The notes under the pieces are model-generated. The model ran no database searches. It was not told the origin of the DNA and saw nothing but the letters and a program-made list of their open reading frames with translations. The position numbers and the translations under genes are program-made. Below, one piece after another: positions 17,626 to 25,726 of a stretch of DNA of 64,000 nucleotides (positions are counted from its first letter, which is position 1; every line of letters begins with the position of its first letter). The DNA is from Gammaproteobacteria bacterium (lineage in GTDB: Bacteria; Pseudomonadota; Gammaproteobacteria; Steroidobacterales; GCA-2729495): contig JAQWPD010000101.1 of the NCBI GenBank assembly GCA_029245525.1, positions 47,197-111,196 on the forward strand, read 5' to 3'.

Positions 17626-17746
17626 GGGCACTAAAAGCCCCCCGCTTGCCTCCCTAAGCGGGGCAGTAAGACAGGTTTCCCCAAGCCGCTTGCTGTAGCC
17701 CCGGGTGTAACCCCTGTAATCCGCACCCGGGGCACCTTTTCTTCTT
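17626..17746 (+). ncRNA. Candidate small RNA in the polA-engB spacer (same position as ErsA / Spot 42)
   Basis: It lies downstream of the sigmaE-like promoter. Hairpin 1 is CCCCGCTT-N8-AAGCGGGG (17640-17663). The terminal 10-bp hairpin is GCCCCGGGTG-N16-CACCCGGGGC (17698-17733), followed by ACCTTTTCTTCTT. No credible ORF is present. Confidence 0.4.
17628..17663 (-). terminator. Minus-strand intrinsic terminator candidate (probable engB terminator)
   Basis: On the minus strand this reads CCCCGCTT-loop-AAGCGGGG followed by GGCTTTTAG. Confidence 0.35.
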
Positions 17747-17812
17747 GGAAAGCTGCCGGCAAATTGCTGCCAATCCAGTATTGGCGCTTCTGTCCCGGGT
17801 GCCACCATCGGG

Positions 17813-18403
17813 CTACCCGCAGACCAAAAACTTATCCAAAACTGCCCTTGCCTCGGATGTACCGTCTTTTTTCAACGACGAAAAAAGCTGCACGGATGCT
17901 GCCCCTTCGAGCTCCTTGGCGACCTTCAGCAACGCTGCTTTTGCTGGGCCGCGCTTCAGTTTGTCGGATTTACTGAGCAAAATATGCACAGGACAACCCA
18001 CCTCCTGGCCCCAATTCACCATCTGCCAATCAAAATCGCCCAGCAAACGCCTAATATCAACGATCAGGAACATCCCCGCCAAAGACTGTCGCTGGTTGAA
18101 ATAACTGCCCATAAGCTCTTGCCAGTGGTCTTTCATGGCCATATTGACCTTGGCGTAGCCATAGCCCGGCAAATCGACCAGCCGTTGTCCGTCTTCGCGC
18201 AAGGTAAAGAAGTTGATCAATTGGGTGCGGCCGGGGCTCTTGCTGATCTTGGCAAAACCGCGCCGATTAACAATAGTATTAATAGCGCTGGACTTGCCTG
18301 CATTCGACCGTCCAGCGAAGGCAACCTCCGCTCCTGAATCAGCCACGAACTGTTTTGGCAGGTTGGCGCTCTTAATGAAACTGGCCGCTGGGTAATGAGA
18401 CAT
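17813..18403 (-). CDS. engB: Ribosome biogenesis GTP-binding protein EngB/YihA
   Basis: G1 motif GRSNAGKSSAIN, DLPGYGY, and LLSKSDK (NKxD-like). Conserved position next to polA. Confidence 0.93.
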   Translation of the reverse strand: MSHYPAASFIKSANLPKQFVADSGAEVAFAGRSNAGKSSAINTIVNRRGFAKISKSPGRTQLINFFTLREDGQRLVDLPGYGYAKVNMAMKDHWQELMGSYFNQRQSLAGMFLIVDIRRLLGDFDWQMVNWGQEVGCPVHILLSKSDKLKRGPAKAALLKVAKELEGAASVQLFSSLKKDGTSEARAVLDKFLVCG

Positions 18404-18543
18404 GAATTTTCAGCCTGAAAATCGCAGGATTTGGCCGATTCGGAGTCGTTTTGGTGTAGAATCCGCCGCTGACCCAAGTGTAGCATGGGGTCTTACAGTT
18501 AAACTCAAACAACCCCTACTTCAGTTCAGGCAGACTTCCGAAC

Positions 18544-19206
18544 GTGATTATCAAATCAACTTATTTAAATGCATCTCTGCGGGCTCTGCTTGCCGTGTTC
18601 TCAACCATTGCTCTCGCAAGCAGCGCACAAGCAGCTGGGTCTATCGATGCCGGCAAAGAAAAAGCCTTAACCTGTAGCGCCTGTCATGGCGTTGATGGCA
18701 ATAGCGCGAATCCGCAATGGCCAAGCCTTGCGGGTCAGGGCCAAGCTTATTTTATTAGCACAACGGAAGCTTTTCAGCAGCCCCTAGGAGATGCCGGCGA
18801 AGTCGTTGAGGGTGGTCGCTATGACCCTGTCATGGCTGCGCAGGCTATCAATCTCTCGGCCGAAGACTTGGCAGATTTAGCGGCCTATTTCAATGCTCAA
18901 ACAATGACAGGAAAAGTATCTGATCCTGCATTAGTTAGTGAGGGCGAGGGGCTCTACCGCGGTGGCAATACTGAAGCCAATGTTTCAGCCTGTATCGCAT
19001 GTCATGGGCCCAGTGGCCGCGGCAATGCGCCTGCCGCATACCCATCAATTGCCGGACAGCATGCCGTCTACACAGTCAAACAACTGCAAGACTATCGCTC
19101 GGGCGCACGTCAATCCGACAAATCAGCGGTCATGCGCAGCATTACCGAGCGCATGACAGACAACGAGATAGCGGCGGTAGCTTCATATATTCAGGGTCTG
19201 CGGTAG
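18544..19206 (+). CDS. Dihaem cytochrome c4
   Basis: Signal peptide ending ASSAQA and two CxxCH sites (CSACHG, CIACHG). GTG start. Confidence 0.85.
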   Translation: MIIKSTYLNASLRALLAVFSTIALASSAQAAGSIDAGKEKALTCSACHGVDGNSANPQWPSLAGQGQAYFISTTEAFQQPLGDAGEVVEGGRYDPVMAAQAINLSAEDLADLAAYFNAQTMTGKVSDPALVSEGEGLYRGGNTEANVSACIACHGPSGRGNAPAAYPSIAGQHAVYTVKQLQDYRSGARQSDKSAVMRSITERMTDNEIAAVASYIQGLR

Positions 19207-19260
19207 TACAGCTTAATACAGATCGACTACTATTGGGTTATTAGCAACGGGTGCGCGTTC

Positions 19261-20013
19261 ATGTTTAGAAAACTGCTGGCAATTTCTGCTCTCTCTATTC
19301 TGGCTGCATGCAGCCCGGCGCCGGAAAACACGCCAACCCTGGAGGCTCCTGCGGTTGAAGCGGCAGCAACATCCCCAACCATCGCCGATGTTATCGTTGT
19401 CGATGCGGCAGCCCAAACTGAAAGCACGGCAGAGACAGCGCAATTCAAGTATAAGCAGGGTGATCACTACGAGCGATTCACCAATGCTCAGGGAACCAGC
19501 AGCGCACCAGATAAGATCGAGGTTGCCGAAGTATTCTGGTATGGCTGCCCCCACTGCTATAGCTTTGAACCTTATCTGAAGAGCTGGAAAAAAACTCTCG
19601 GACCTGACGTCAGCCTGGTCCAGCTGCCGGTTATGTGGAACCCTACCAATGAAATCCATGCGCGCCTTTTCTATACCGCGCAGGCCTTGGGAATTCTCGA
19701 GCAGGCACACGGTGATATTTTTCAGGCGATCCACACGAACGGTGAAATGCTGGCATCTGAATCTGCACAACGCGATTTTATCACTAGCAAGTACGACATT
19801 AGCGAAGAAGACTTTGACAAGGCTTATCGCTCATTCTCTGTAAATAGCAAACTGCAGCAGGCAAAAAACTGGACTCAGCGCTATCAGATTCGATCAGTTC
19901 CCGTGCTAATCATCAACGGCAAATACGCGACGGTTGGCACCGAGCTGCGTGACTACGAACAAATTCTTGATGTTGCTGACGAACTTATCGAACGCGAACG
20001 TCAAGACCGATAA
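19261..20013 (+). CDS. dsbA: Thiol:disulfide interchange protein DsbA, with lipobox and N-terminal linker
   Basis: Active site WYGCPHCYSFEP. The N-terminus MFRKLLAISALSILAAC is followed by an Ala/Pro/Thr-rich segment of ~45 aa. Confidence 0.85.
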   Translation: MFRKLLAISALSILAACSPAPENTPTLEAPAVEAAATSPTIADVIVVDAAAQTESTAETAQFKYKQGDHYERFTNAQGTSSAPDKIEVAEVFWYGCPHCYSFEPYLKSWKKTLGPDVSLVQLPVMWNPTNEIHARLFYTAQALGILEQAHGDIFQAIHTNGEMLASESAQRDFITSKYDISEEDFDKAYRSFSVNSKLQQAKNWTQRYQIRSVPVLIINGKYATVGTELRDYEQILDVADELIERERQDR

Positions 20014-20062
20014 TCGCACTTCGGCGCTAAACGTTAACCGGAATGGAGTTGATTACCCCCAG

Positions 20063-20509
20063 CTAAGAGTGATGGTGGTTATGCTTGGCTGTTGCACAAG
20101 CCTCGCAGTTTACCCAACCCGAGTCACCATCTAAGTAATGCTCTTTCTTCCAGATTGGCACGCGCAGCTTCACCTCATCAATTACGTACCGACAAGCATC
20201 AAATGCCTCTCCACGATGAGGCGCGCTTACGCCAACCCATACAGCGATATCGCCTATATCCAGACTTCCTGTGCGGTGCACGCACACAACGCGGGCAATA
20301 GGGAACCTTTGGAGAGCTTCCGCAAGAATCTTCTCGCCTTCCTTAATCGCTAACGCTGGATAAGATTCATACTCCAAACGCAGCACCTGCTGCCCCTCAT
20401 TATGATTACGCACCCAGCCATCAAAGCTCACTAATGCACCGCAGGTCTCATTGCGCAACTGATCTGCGAATGTAGAAACAGAGATTGGATTTTCAGTCAA
20501 ATCGAACAC
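20063..20509 (-). CDS. moaE: Molybdopterin synthase catalytic subunit MoaE
   Basis: 148 aa with a MoaE-like core (GALVSFDGWVRNHNEG, HRGEAF, PIWKKE). Immediately downstream of moaD. Confidence 0.85.
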   Translation of the reverse strand: MFDLTENPISVSTFADQLRNETCGALVSFDGWVRNHNEGQQVLRLEYESYPALAIKEGEKILAEALQRFPIARVVCVHRTGSLDIGDIAVWVGVSAPHRGEAFDACRYVIDEVKLRVPIWKKEHYLDGDSGWVNCEACATAKHNHHHS

Positions 20510-20510
20510 A

Positions 20511-20750
20511 TCAACCTCCCGCTACTGGAGGAATAAATACAACGCGATCACCATCTTGCAATTTGGCGGCCCAAACGCTGAACTCATCGTTTATGGCAAC
20601 CTTAAAGTTACGCGGCGCGGCAAAACCATGTGCCGACTGAAGCTCCTGAAACAATGCCTCAGCGGTTGGCGCATCGGTAAGTAGCGACTCCGAAGCCCGC
20701 TCTGCCTGCTCGCGCAATATCGCAAAATATTCAATATGTATAGTTTTCAT
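20511..20750 (-). CDS. moaD: Molybdopterin synthase sulfur carrier MoaD
   Basis: Ubiquitin-like small protein ending in GG (IPPVAGG). I chose the start at MKTIHIEYFAILRE; the longer ORF starts at 20762. Confidence 0.85.
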   Translation of the reverse strand: MKTIHIEYFAILREQAERASESLLTDAPTAEALFQELQSAHGFAAPRNFKVAINDEFSVWAAKLQDGDRVVFIPPVAGG

Positions 20751-20976
20751 TCTGCATTCCATTTTTTTGCGTTCAACGCAACAACTGCGCGTAGCACTTT
20801 ATTATAAGCCTGCTATAGCGGCTGTAGCCTACACCCGGTAGGGCTTCGTGCCAACGATATATAGCGTGCGTATGCGCGATAGCCGTCAAAGCACTCAGCT
20901 TTTTTGTCACATGGTGAGCGCAGACACCTTCCTAGCTTCACTGGGGATACTGCACCCCGGGGCAATGCAAAGCAGC

Positions 20977-21399
20977 TCACCTGGCAAACAAAGCTTCCGG
21001 ATCGGCGAAGCCTTTAAACTCGAGCGCATTGCCGAAGGGGTCGTAGAGGAAGAATGTTCCCTGCTCGCCCGACTGTCCCGCAAAGCGGATTTTCGGCTCA
21101 AGCACAAAAACCTGATTGCATAAGCGCAAACGCTCGGCCAATTTCCGCCAGTCGTTCATGCTAAGCACTACGCCAAAGTGCGGCACTGGGACACTGTCAC
21201 TATCCACCTGGCTAAGCAATGTGTCCACCGCTATCGCCCCAGAATGACAAACCAACTGGTGCCCAAAAAAATCGAAGTCTACCCAGTGCTCAGCGCTTCG
21301 CCCTTCAGTGCAACCCAACACCTCACCATAAAAGTCACGAGCTTGTGCCAGCTCATGAACAATAATTGCAAGATGAAAAGGCGGCAGATTATAGCTCAT
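20977..21399 (-). CDS. VOC-family (glyoxalase/bleomycin-resistance/dioxygenase fold) protein
   Basis: 140 aa. PFHLAIIVHELAQARDFY...HFGVVL...FFLYDPFGNALEF is typical of the paired beta-alpha-beta-beta-beta fold. Overlaps the upstream gene by 4 nt. Confidence 0.7.
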   Translation of the reverse strand: MSYNLPPFHLAIIVHELAQARDFYGEVLGCTEGRSAEHWVDFDFFGHQLVCHSGAIAVDTLLSQVDSDSVPVPHFGVVLSMNDWRKLAERLRLCNQVFVLEPKIRFAGQSGEQGTFFLYDPFGNALEFKGFADPEALFAR

Positions 21400-22442
21400 A
21401 GCTCCACCGTAGACTCATACGCAGGCTCTGGCCCATGAGGATCCCAGGCAGATGGTGCCTGCGCGAGAAAATCGACCAGCTTAGGTATCAACACCGCAGC
21501 GCTAAGCCCAGTCGGCTGATTTTTCACTACTTGCAAACGAGCAGCAACCTCATTGACACCCTCAAAAGCCCATTGGGCATTTGCCGGCTCAAGCGCATTG
21601 AGGTGCTCTGCCAGCGGCGCCAAATCAACACGTGGTAACGGCCGAAAGCGGATTACCTGCACCCAACTTTCATAACGATACTGAAACGACATACGTTGAC
21701 CCTGAACCCAAAGAATCCGAGAGCAATCTGTGTGCTCAAATATTGCAAAAGGGTGCACTGGCAGCTCCCAACGAAGCAGATAACGCCGAATCGAAATACA
21801 CGGTAAGGTATCCGGCACGTGAATTACTGCCAGATCAACATCAGGATAAAGCTCTATTCGGACTTGACCGGCGGCGAGCAATTCACGACTCTGCTGCCAA
21901 AAGCTATATTCAGCCTGCCACTGCGTTGTATCACTAAATGGATCGGCTAAAATTGCCGGCAAAGCCCGCAACATACCCCGATATTGCTCAATAATGCGTT
22001 GACGCAAGGGCAAACTAAAAATCTTAGGCCCCAAGGGTGAACTTTCCTTATCGGACCACGCCCCTAAAACAAATGCTAATTTTGCCGCGGTCTCGTCAGT
22101 GCAGCGCCAGAAGTCAGTCGCATAGGAGGTCGCAATACACAGATCTCGGTGTTGATACGCGAGCTCCGGATTAACCAAAGCAAACATACTCAGCAAGCCA
22201 TCCTCATCATAATGACTGTTAGAGACAACTGACACGTCAACATGCGCCGAAGGGTCATCCAGATAGGTATAAACGATATGTGTTGAGGTGTCTTTTCGCA
22301 GGTGGTCAGGAGTCCTATTCCACGGCCAATGAGACAAGCTCAGAAGCGTTGAACCCTGATCTTTACCATCAACTACGATATGCGGATCGTCATTGATTTC
22401 GTGATAAGGCACATAACATGCGGGAGCGGGAAGAAGGGGCAC
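21396..22442 (-). CDS. Conserved-looking hypothetical protein (349 aa), no family recognised
   Basis: I re-set the start to GTG 22442, which is preceded by GAGGTG with a 4-nt gap. The 405-aa track ORF would add a Cys-rich extension that overlaps the upstream membrane gene. Confidence 0.55.
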   Translation of the reverse strand: MPLLPAPACYVPYHEINDDPHIVVDGKDQGSTLLSLSHWPWNRTPDHLRKDTSTHIVYTYLDDPSAHVDVSVVSNSHYDEDGLLSMFALVNPELAYQHRDLCIATSYATDFWRCTDETAAKLAFVLGAWSDKESSPLGPKIFSLPLRQRIIEQYRGMLRALPAILADPFSDTTQWQAEYSFWQQSRELLAAGQVRIELYPDVDLAVIHVPDTLPCISIRRYLLRWELPVHPFAIFEHTDCSRILWVQGQRMSFQYRYESWVQVIRFRPLPRVDLAPLAEHLNALEPANAQWAFEGVNEVAARLQVVKNQPTGLSAAVLIPKLVDFLAQAPSAWDPHGPEPAYESTVEL

Positions 22443-22471
22443 AGCCCACCTCAAAGAGTTCGGATTAGCGG

Positions 22472-22855
22472 CTACTTCGACCGGACAAAAAAGCCCAGCA
22501 CAAAAGCAAAAAGACTCACAGCTATTACGGCCAAAACATGATACTGAGGTGCGGCTATATACTCTGCTCCGGGCGCTACAACAGCCGGAGAGATAAGACG
22601 CCACACATACCAACCGACAATCCAGGCGGCAGGAACAATAGTTGGCAGAATAGCCACGACAGAGGCTATGTCATTATTCGCCTTGCGCAACATTAACCAG
22701 CTGAATAAACCGGCAATCAACACCGGCAACAGATTAATCCCAAATAGCGACACGGCGGCATCAGGGTTTCCGGGAAAAACGATCAGACTGGAAACAACTG
22801 CCATCAAAGGGACCGAAGCCATTCCTAACAGATTTAGTTTACCGTACTTAGTCAT
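22472..22855 (-). CDS. Small integral membrane protein (about four TM segments)
   Basis: Hydrophobic segments run throughout the 127 aa. Same strand as, and 29 nt upstream of, the 349-aa gene. Confidence 0.5.
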   Translation of the reverse strand: MTKYGKLNLLGMASVPLMAVVSSLIVFPGNPDAAVSLFGINLLPVLIAGLFSWLMLRKANNDIASVVAILPTIVPAAWIVGWYVWRLISPAVVAPGAEYIAAPQYHVLAVIAVSLFAFVLGFFVRSK

Positions 22856-22891
22856 ACCACTGATCCCGCAGAAACAATCACAAAGTTGTAT

Positions 22892-22936
22892 GCCGCAAAT
22901 AATAGCACCCCTGTCGCATTAAGGCGGCAGGGGTGC
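22892..22936 (-). terminator. Intrinsic terminator candidate after the carbamoyltransferase operon
   Basis: 9-bp perfect stem GCACCCCTG / CAGGGGTGC (22905-22913 and 22928-22936). On the minus strand it is followed by TATTATTTGCGG. Confidence 0.5.
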
Positions 22937-22994
22937 ATGCTTTTGCGGCAAAAATCCGCAGAATGGCTTCACAACTGCCCGAAGCCAGTCATGC

Positions 22995-23147
22995 TTAGAA
23001 CAATGTATAGATAAACGGTGCCGCTGCAGAACCCTGGGCAACAACAATCAATACACCAAGCAACAACATCACAAGAATAATCGGCGCCAACCAGAACTTT
23101 TTGCGCTCTCTCATGAAGCCCCACAAATCCTTACATAAATCAATCAT
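22995..23147 (-). CDS. DUF5989-type micro-protein (50 aa, one TM); absent from the ORF track
   Basis: Hand translation gives MIDLCKDLWGFMRERKKFWLAPIILVMLLLGVLIVVAQGSAAAPFIYTLF*. The ATG shares 1 nt with the SxtJ TGA. The motif FMRERKKFWL...APFIYTLF is the signature of the small protein found with SxtJ and carbamoyltransferase. Confidence 0.75.
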   Translation of the reverse strand: MIDLCKDLWGFMRERKKFWLAPIILVMLLLGVLIVVAQGSAAAPFIYTLF

Positions 23148-23602
23148 CAGAAGGGGTTCTCCAGGTTTTTAATCGGATTGTCTTTTGAAATAACCCTATA
23201 GGTGTCAACACTGTCATCCAGCTTGCGTGCCATGGCGTCTTTGCCCATAACTCGCATAACCAAACCAATCGGGGCAAACATTAGGTAGAAAACAATGCCC
23301 ATAATCAGGGGAGTCATAACCTTGCTCATCATCAGGCCGAAGCTCATCCAAACATGATGCACGCCTTTCAGACTCATCGGGGCAACCAAGCCCCATACAA
23401 TCAGCAGGCCTCCCAGTAGAAATGGCCAACGCAACGCTGTTTGAGATGGCTCTAACGCACCCCAAAAATCATAGCTGTGAAGGAATCTAATTTCTGAAAA
23501 CAGCCATGGAAAAAGAAAACCGAACAGACCGATAATAATTAGGCCGGTAACAACCCCGAAATCACGTAAACCCTTCTTGTCTAAAACAGGAATTTCATGC
23601 AT
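23147..23602 (-). CDS. SxtJ-family membrane protein
   Basis: 151 aa. KGLRDFGVVTGLIIIGLFGFLFPWLF plus further TM segments. Position immediately after the carbamoyltransferase gene. Confidence 0.7.
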   Translation of the reverse strand: MHEIPVLDKKGLRDFGVVTGLIIIGLFGFLFPWLFSEIRFLHSYDFWGALEPSQTALRWPFLLGGLLIVWGLVAPMSLKGVHHVWMSFGLMMSKVMTPLIMGIVFYLMFAPIGLVMRVMGKDAMARKLDDSVDTYRVISKDNPIKNLENPF

Positions 23603-23607
23603 AGCTA

Positions 23608-25458
23608 TTAATCCAACTCAAACTCATCTTTCCAATCATCGGTACCCTCCCACTTGGGCTGATCTTCTTTAGAAAGCAGAAAGTTATCAACAATCAAATA
23701 ATCCATCTCAGTGCGCATAAAGCATCGATACGCATCATCGGCAGTCATCACAATAGGCTCGCCGCGGACATTAAACGAGGTATTTACTAATACGCCGCAG
23801 TCTGTTTTCTTATTAAACTCACTAAGCACATTATAGAAATACGGATTAGTCTCTTTGTGCACGGTTTGGATTCGGGCCGAATAGTCAACATGAGTAATTG
23901 CGGGAAGCTTTGAGCGAGGCACATTCAATTTTGCAATGCCAAATAACTTATCCTGCTCCTCGGTCATTGCAATACGCTGCTCTTCAACAATTGGAGCAAC
24001 AATCAGCATATATGGGCTGGGGCGGTCTTGAACAAAATATTCGGACACGCGCTCAGCTAAAACTGCAGGGGCAAATGGCCGGAATGACTCACGGTATTTA
24101 ATTTTAAGGTTCATCACCGACTGCATCTTCGGGCTGCGCGGATCACCGATGATAGAACGGCCGCCTAAAGCACGCGGACCAAACTCCATACGGCCCTGAG
24201 CCATACCAATAACATTTTCGGTTGCCAGAATCTCGGCAACGCGGGGGAAGAAGTCAGCGTCTTCAAGCTGTGTATAAACCGCACCGTACGCATCCAGATC
24301 TTTTTTAATGCCTTCCTCGGTGAACTTAGGCCCAAGATAAGAACCGCTCATCAAGTCATTCTTGTTGTCGACGGCGCGCGGGCCATCTTTATAGTGATGC
24401 CAAATAACAGCAGCAGCCCCCAAAGCGCCGCCAGCATCACCTGCAGCAGGCTGAATCCAGATATCTTTAAACGGACCATCACGAAGAAGAATCCCGTTAG
24501 AAACACAGTTAAGCGCTACGCCACCAGCCAAACACAGATAGTCCGCACCGGTTTCTTTGTGCAATGTTTTGGCAAGCCGCATTACTACAATCTCAGTAAC
24601 TTTCTGAATCGATGCTGCAAGATCCATTTCCCGCTGAGTAATTTCAGTTTCTGCTGTACGCGCCGGGCCACCAAACAGATCTGCGAACTTATCGTTCGTC
24701 ATTGTCAGACCGGTGCAGTAATTAAAATAGGACATATCGAGGCGGAATGTGCCATCTGCCTTCAAGTCGAGCAGATTCTCCAAAATCAGATCAACATACT
24801 TAGGCTCACCGTAGGGCGCCAGACCCATTAGCTTGTATTCGCCTGAGTTAACTTTAAACCCGGTAAAATACGTAAATGCTGAATACAGGAGCCCCAAGGA
24901 ATGGGGGAAATCAATTTCCCATAAAGGCTTGAGGTGATTGCCCTCACCAAGCCATGCCGACGTTGTGGCCCACTCGCCAACACCATCGAGACACAACACC
25001 GCAGCCTTGTCATAAGGACTGTAGAAAAATGCAGAAGCCGCATGAGATTGATGATGCTCAGCAAACATAAGATCGGGCAGTTCTTTTTGTTTGCAGCCTG
25101 CTAATTTCGAGAGCTCACGCTTTAACGTGGTTTTTAAATAAAGCTTCTCTTTCAACCAAACAGGCATCGCTGCAATAAATGAACGGAAACCTTGTGGCGC
25201 ATAAGAAAGATACGTTTCGAGTAGCCGCTCAAACTTAACCAGAGGCTTGTCATAGAAAACGACATGATCAACATCAGTTAGATTGATACCAGCTTCTTGA
25301 AGACAGTACTGAATCGCTTCGGCAGGAAAACCCGGATCATGCTTTTTACGAGTAAACCGTTCTTGTTGAACCGCCGCAACAATATCCCCATCGTGGATCA
25401 ATGCCGCTGCACTGTCATGATAGTAGGCCGAAAGCCCTAAAATATAAGTCCCGCTCAC
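23608..25458 (-). CDS. Carbamoyltransferase (NodU/CmcH family)
   Basis: 616 aa. N-terminus ILGLSAYYHDSAAALIHDGDIVAAVQQERFTRKKHD (ASKHA/Kae1-like) and C-terminal YrdC-like carbamoyl-AMP domain (VNTSFNVRGEPIV). Confidence 0.9.
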   Translation of the reverse strand: MSGTYILGLSAYYHDSAAALIHDGDIVAAVQQERFTRKKHDPGFPAEAIQYCLQEAGINLTDVDHVVFYDKPLVKFERLLETYLSYAPQGFRSFIAAMPVWLKEKLYLKTTLKRELSKLAGCKQKELPDLMFAEHHQSHAASAFFYSPYDKAAVLCLDGVGEWATTSAWLGEGNHLKPLWEIDFPHSLGLLYSAFTYFTGFKVNSGEYKLMGLAPYGEPKYVDLILENLLDLKADGTFRLDMSYFNYCTGLTMTNDKFADLFGGPARTAETEITQREMDLAASIQKVTEIVVMRLAKTLHKETGADYLCLAGGVALNCVSNGILLRDGPFKDIWIQPAAGDAGGALGAAAVIWHHYKDGPRAVDNKNDLMSGSYLGPKFTEEGIKKDLDAYGAVYTQLEDADFFPRVAEILATENVIGMAQGRMEFGPRALGGRSIIGDPRSPKMQSVMNLKIKYRESFRPFAPAVLAERVSEYFVQDRPSPYMLIVAPIVEEQRIAMTEEQDKLFGIAKLNVPRSKLPAITHVDYSARIQTVHKETNPYFYNVLSEFNKKTDCGVLVNTSFNVRGEPIVMTADDAYRCFMRTEMDYLIVDNFLLSKEDQPKWEGTDDWKDEFELD

Positions 25459-25726
25459 GCTAATTTTCTCTACCCTATAGCTAATGCCGCATCACCGACA
25501 CAATTAATAACCTTTAAAATATCCTATTGCTATGGTCAAACCTGCTTCCGAAGCGATCCACTAAGGCAATAGCAGGGATTAATACTAGATACTAACAACA
25601 CATAGTTCTGTGACCATAGTCGCGGAACGCCATCTCACTAACAGCTCTGTTGCGAATGTGAGCATACACAACGTTTTGACCCAGTCAATCATCGGCTATG
25701 GTACAAAGCTGATGAGTCTTCCTTAC

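Noticed and set aside
17599-17808. 69-aa minus-strand ORF in the polA-engB spacer
   Set aside because: It runs through GC-rich hairpins and terminator structures. It has no Shine-Dalgarno sequence and a Gly/Pro/Arg-rich composition. The region is better explained as structured RNA.
20767-20863. Possible ModE operator or Moco riboswitch upstream of moaD (palindrome TTGCGTTcAACGCAA at 20767-20781; CGATATATA at 20855-20863)
   Set aside because: Only one TATAT-type half-site is present, and its partner (TATGCGCGAT) is degenerate. I found none of the conserved Moco-riboswitch sequence blocks that I remember. This is too weak to call.
22443-22613. N-terminal 57-codon extension of the 405-aa track ORF
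   Set aside because: The extension is Cys/Ser/Arg-rich and overlaps the 3' end of the 127-aa membrane gene. A GTG with a good GAGGTG ribosome-binding site at 22442 gives a cleaner gene.
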